From the NCBI GenBank assembly GCA_038009385.1, contig JBBPCA010000011.1, positions 12,479 through 52,478 on the forward strand: a DNA stretch of 40,000 nucleotides, in the 5' to 3' direction. Positions 39,856 through 40,000 of the stretch are shown one piece after another. The position numbers were made by a program, and so were the translations under genes. The notes beneath the pieces were generated by a model that made no database searches, was not told the DNA's origin, and worked only from the letters and a program-made list of their open reading frames with translations. The DNA is from Hydrogenobacter sp. RSW1. GTDB lineage: Bacteria; Aquificota; Aquificia; Aquificales; Aquificaceae. Position 1 is the first letter of the stretch. Each line of letters opens with the position of its first letter.

Positions 39856-40000
39856 TCAAGGACTCTTTGAAGTCTTTCTGCTTTAAGGTCTTTAAGCAGT
39901 TGATAGTCTTTCTTTATGTCTCTTCCTGCGCGCGTTAGGTATCCACCCACCATCATGGCATTGGTCATAAGGACTGCCATCCCGTGAAAGTCTCTGAGAG
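39852..40000 (-). CDS. C-terminal 49 codons of a BioB/HydE-like radical-SAM protein (N-terminus outside the window)
   Basis: My translation gives ...[48 protein letters not shown]. The N-x5-G-x-YLT-x-G-x5-D pattern is characteristic of the BioB-family C-terminus. ATGA overlap with the ligase gene. The fragment is too short for a firm call. Confidence 0.45.
   Translation of the reverse strand, partial: LRDFHGMAVLMTNAMMVGGYLTRAGRDIKKDYQLLKDLKAERLQRVLE

Overview
Gene-dense bacterial chromosome segment with about 50 genes. Many neighbouring genes share 4-nt ATGA/GTGA start-stop overlaps, and five convergent gene pairs overlap at their 3-prime ends. The gene content suggests a member of the Aquificaceae, though not A. 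aeolicus itself. One basis is that the kdsA product matches long stretches of the Aquifex aeolicus KDO8P synthase sequence as I remember it. This is recall, not a database search. Most of the window is housekeeping: waaA, kdsA, purF/purB/purL, lspA, tRNA-Val, thyX, tsaC, thrC, tsaD, ctpA, cimA, gcvPA/gcvH, ino1, recR, fur, hemC, amiC, queE and infB. There are two accessory patches. (1) 1.6-4.4 kb holds a small IS5-like element with a split transposase, a DUF29 gene and a frameshifted outer-membrane barrel gene. (2) 22.8-27.6 kb is an AT-rich, opposite-strand insert between cimA and gcvPA. It carries two restriction-modification-like modules and transposase debris, and its second module is bracketed by 61-bp direct repeats. 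Candidates for an undescribed system, in my order of preference: (a) the repeat-bracketed three-gene cassette at 25163-27359 (SPPY methyltransferase with unusual motif order, 100-aa unknown, PD-(D/E)xK-like protein); (b) the translationally coupled KaiC-like ATPase / PP2C phosphatase / M48-TPR lipoprotein cassette at 4460-7325; (c) an orphan HerA-like ATPase with a deviant P-loop wedged between hemC and amiC. Several genes also carry a -10-like hexamer 6-8 nt upstream of the start codon with no Shine-Dalgarno, and two of them share an identical 18-mer, which suggests leaderless transcripts. All functional calls come from motif recognition by eye. No searches or computations were run.
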